Assembly (NCBI GenBank): GCA_012295275.1
Contig: CM022672.1
Location: 2,790,001-2,854,000, forward strand
Reading direction: 5' to 3'
Length of the DNA stretch: 64,000 nt
Origin: Chrysomallon squamiferum
Lineage: Eukaryota; Animalia; Mollusca
Positions 25,487-64,000 of this stretch are shown in pieces. The notes under the pieces were generated by a model that saw nothing but the letters and a program-made list of their open reading frames with translations, made no database searches and was not told the origin of the DNA. A program made the translations under genes and the position numbers. How positions within the stretch are numbered: the stretch's first letter is position 1; each line of letters opens with the position of its first letter.

Positions 25487-27384
25487 TAAAGCAAAATATG
25501 ATATGAATATAGTCAAATATTTTAAATATATTACAAATATTGTTCTTCACAATTTTGAATGGCAATAACTGATATATATATCTAAAATTTCAACAGATTT
25601 AGAACAGTTATATGTACTAACATATTACTTATATATATGTATATAATTATATTATAAACATAACAGAAACATTTGTTTCCATGAGCTGTTACTTTAATTC
25701 ATTAAGGTCCAAGTAAAATTTATTTTAGCACCACGTCATTTAGTTATTTTTTATTGCACATACTCATCTACATAAACTAATAAACAGATGCTTTGTATAG
25801 AAAATATACATGAATTGAATTCACTTCTGAATAAAACCCATTTAAAATCTTAAAGAAGAAAAAAGTAACTGATTTTTAATAATAATAATAATAAGAAGAA
25901 AGAAGAATAAGAATAAGAATAAGAATAAGAATAAGAATAAGAATAAGAATAATAAGAATAATAGTAATAGTAATAGTAATAATAATACTGAAGTAGAAAA
26001 TAAAATTTGAAAAACCTGACTTCCCAGAAATTAAAAAAAAAACAAAAAAAAACAAATTCAGAATTTTAATTAAAATACATAAAAGCAAAGCATACTTCTA
26101 ATTATATATATTTCCACCTTTTATGTTATAGCATTGAACTGAAATTATTTGTTTTATATATTCTGACAAATAAATGAAATATTAATTTAATAAATAATAA
26201 ACACACACACACACTGAAACAAGTCAATTCAGTTTCAAACAAAATTGAATACCAATAGATTGTTTAACTTTTAACTTTTCTTAGGACCAAAATTCAAGCA
26301 AAAATATACAATTTTTTGTTCAAAACAGAACATCATCCTGAACATTCATTCATTTACATATTGTATTCATAATGTATATTTATTTATTCGTTCACACATA
26401 TATAAATATTAACATTCAGACACCAACAATTCATTTATAAACAGTTCTGAGCATTGTATATTCACTATATAATTATTTGGAATGAATAGAACATTTTTAT
26501 TTTACATAACAGTACAAGGACCAGATTACGGCACAACACAGGCAGCACATAATATTACTATCAACATATCATTTACTGAGTGAAAGAATTTAGAAAATAT
26601 ATTTTATGATAATAAAATGTTATTCTCCTGTTATCTAGTACAGAAATTCTCAAAATGTTTGGTCTCGTTACCCTTTATCCCTTCAAAAGGTTTCTCTTTA
26701 CACAGATGATCATCCCTTGATATTTATAAAGTTAAAAATAAAAAATAAAATTCAGTAAATATTTATTTATTACTACTATATTACAAAACCTGATGTGCCT
26801 ATACAAACCTACAGGAATTTTATTTTTTATTATTATTATTATTTTTTTTTTTTTTTTTTACAAAAGTAAGGGTTAATCTTATCTTATAATCAATCACAGG
26901 CAGAATAAACCATGTTTTATACAGTGTCTGAAATGATATATATTGTATACTGTACACAAGCATCACACACACAAGGTACAGTTCACAATACATGCTTCTG
27001 AATTATTATGTATGCACAGAAGGTACACAGAAAAGGCAAATTGTATTTGTTATAAGCTAACCATGTACTTGTATATATATACACATACATGCACATACAA
27101 ATGTATGCTTAGACTTCATACAACAAACACATACTGTCATTCAAAATGCACATACAACTATGTACAGTCATGTATTAAAATTATGTCTGAATGTCCAAAG
27201 CAAACAACTGTAAAAAACCTTCAGACAGTACACATAATAAGCAGCAATAGACAAAACAAAATTATACAACTCATAAGACTTAATGCAATGTATGTTAAGT
27301 TATGAAATAATCATGTTATTTACATAACTTACAAAAATTAGCAAATAAAATTAAGAATAAAATATAAATAAAATGTACATAACT

Positions 27385-27452
<68 letters not shown>

Positions 27453-27517
27453 AAATAAATAATAAAAAAAAGGTACATAACATACATTTTCAAAAATTCA
27501 TACATCCATAACAATGC

Positions 27518-27561
<44 letters not shown>

Positions 27562-28031
27562 ATTTCAGTTTGTAATTTAGTAGAATATTATCAAGTATAT
27601 AAGCAAATACACAGGCAAACAAAGGAAACAGAAGGATGATATCATCTGCAAAAGATTTCTCTACGTCTCTCAAAATAACCACCATTTGAAAACAGCTTTT
27701 AAACACTGGGCATCCAGCACTCAAAATATTCATTAACGAGACAACCAGAAATTTTTGAATTCATTTTCATAGAGGTTAATCGCATGTCAAAAATGTCAGC
27801 ACCAGAAACACAATGTCATTAAGAGATAAGGAAAAAAAAAAAAAAAAAAAAAAAAAGAATCATATGTACACACCCACACGCACTGTATCGTAAATTCTCC
27901 AACCAAATTCCATATAAAACACCTGACTAGATTTAGCATCACGTTTTTTTTTTTGAAGAATAAATAAATAAATACACTTTTTCATCACAAAATTTGTTTG
28001 AGATTGTCAAAAGCACTCAGTGACGATGATG

Positions 28032-62356
<34,325 letters not shown>

Positions 62357-63510
62357 CTGAAAATAAATAAATAAATAAATAAATAAATAAATGAATATAA
62401 GAACAGACAAACAGACAGATAAACAGACATATGGATAAATTAATTAATTAATAACAACAACAACAGTATAAATGACAGTTCAATGACAGTGATCATGGTT
62501 ATAATGACGACTATGATAAAGATAATATATATCGCAGTTAGATGAATGAACAACAGCAACAACAATAATTGTTTTTCAGGGTGGTTTTAAACAGCGACTC
62601 CAGTTCATCTACAGACTGGTATTGATACAGAAATTAATGGACAGAGATTATCGTAATTCGTGAAAATTGATAATATCAGAGGCCTCAAATTGTACATAGT
62701 TCCTTGTCCTTACAGTTCTGATTAGCTCATATTTTTATCATGGAAACTAAAACAAAAAACAATATTGCGCAAACCACAAAATAAGTCGATACAGTGGCGT
62801 GAATTTCATTTTTTATTATTATTATTATTATTGATGTTGTTGTGCTTTACGTATATATAAAGATAGATAGATATGTTATTTTTTTTCTCTCTCTCTCTCT
62901 CAAAAGACATTAAACAAAGCCAGTGAATGAATATTATTCAGTATTAAAATCCTAACGCATCATTTGGAGAAATAAACAAACAAAAAATCACCACATCTTT
63001 GGAAAGACAAAAGAAGAAAAAAGAACGATTAAAACAGTGAAATTAAAAGATTCGAAACTGATCTATCGGTGGCGGTTCGGAAACTTTTGTAAGGGAAGTA
63101 ACTCATGTCTTTCAGTCAGAAAGATAGAGGGGGCTATAGTATTTTGTTTATAAGTTGTATTTGAGAAAGGTGTAACTGAATGAATGAATTAATGAAAGTT
63201 TAATGGATGCGTATCTATTATATGTGATTTTATTATTATTATTACTGTTATTGTTGTCGTCGTTGTCGTCATCGTCGTCATTATCAACATAATAATAATA
63301 ATAATAATAATAATAATAGAAATCCTTTTAACGAAAGACGAATAAAAGACGATTTTAATGTAATATTTTCAAATGGGATTTTTTTTTTTTTTTTATTATT
63401 ACTGGAAAAACGTAAAACAACGTTTCAAAAATTAATGCTTTAGAAAATATTTCGCTATAAGGACATTAAAGCTTTTCAAAAGACATTAACAGATCGTTAA
63501 AAAAAAGAAA

Positions 63511-63546
<36 letters not shown>

Positions 63547-64000
63547 TAATAATAAAAACGTATTGCGTGGAAAGCTTGTGGACAGTTTTTGTTTCTTTTA
63601 AATTAATTTCTTTTGTTAATATTTTCAAACAACTATTGCAACTACATATTCTGATCTTCGATTTTTATATTATTTCATCGCATAACGGTATTGTTAAATG
63701 TATTGCTTCATGCAATCGTTATCTTTTTGTATCCTAAAATAAAATCAATCAAACAAAAAATCGCCATTACGTTTATTCTTTCCAACATTCGCTACTTTTT
63801 TTTCCCCCTAAATATCTGATCAAGAGAAATAATTCTCAGCTTCATTCAACATTTGTCAACTTTTTCCTTCTTGATATTACGAATGTCCACAAAACTTTTG
63901 CATTTTTGATCACCTAAAGTCGCGAATGATTAAATACAAAGAGAAGGTACACAATTATTCGTCATAGTTAGGGCAAGCGATAAAAGCCCTCGGCGAAACA

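Overview
AT-rich, microsatellite-dense, intron-containing animal genomic DNA, probably a gastropod mollusc (inferred from repeat content, not proven). Five protein-coding genes were assembled by hand from splice signals and reading phase. (1) The 3' end of the eIF2-alpha kinase PERK/EIF2AK3 (+, <1-2777). (2) A 982-aa coiled-coil + NHL beta-propeller (TRIM-NHL-like) protein with no visible RING/B-box (+, 5789-10687). (3, 4) Two tandem minus-strand orphan genes of identical architecture, each a 6-7-codon signal-peptide micro-exon plus one giant exon, encoding large, Cys-free, basic, low-complexity secreted proteins of 705 and 1027 aa (13184-16003, 17052-20932). (5) GARNL3 (RapGAP + CNH, -, 27 coding exons, 28032->62356), which contains a U12-type intron and a GC-AG intron. 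GARNL3 introns also carry a 1.83-kb non-autonomous DNA transposon with GG termini and an 8-bp TSD, a small MITE, a perfect 28-bp hairpin and decayed SINE-like copies. The best candidate for an undescribed system is the pair of secreted disordered proteins, possibly a lineage-specific biomaterial, adhesive or matrix module. Most short ORFs in the supplied track are microsatellite or antisense artefacts.
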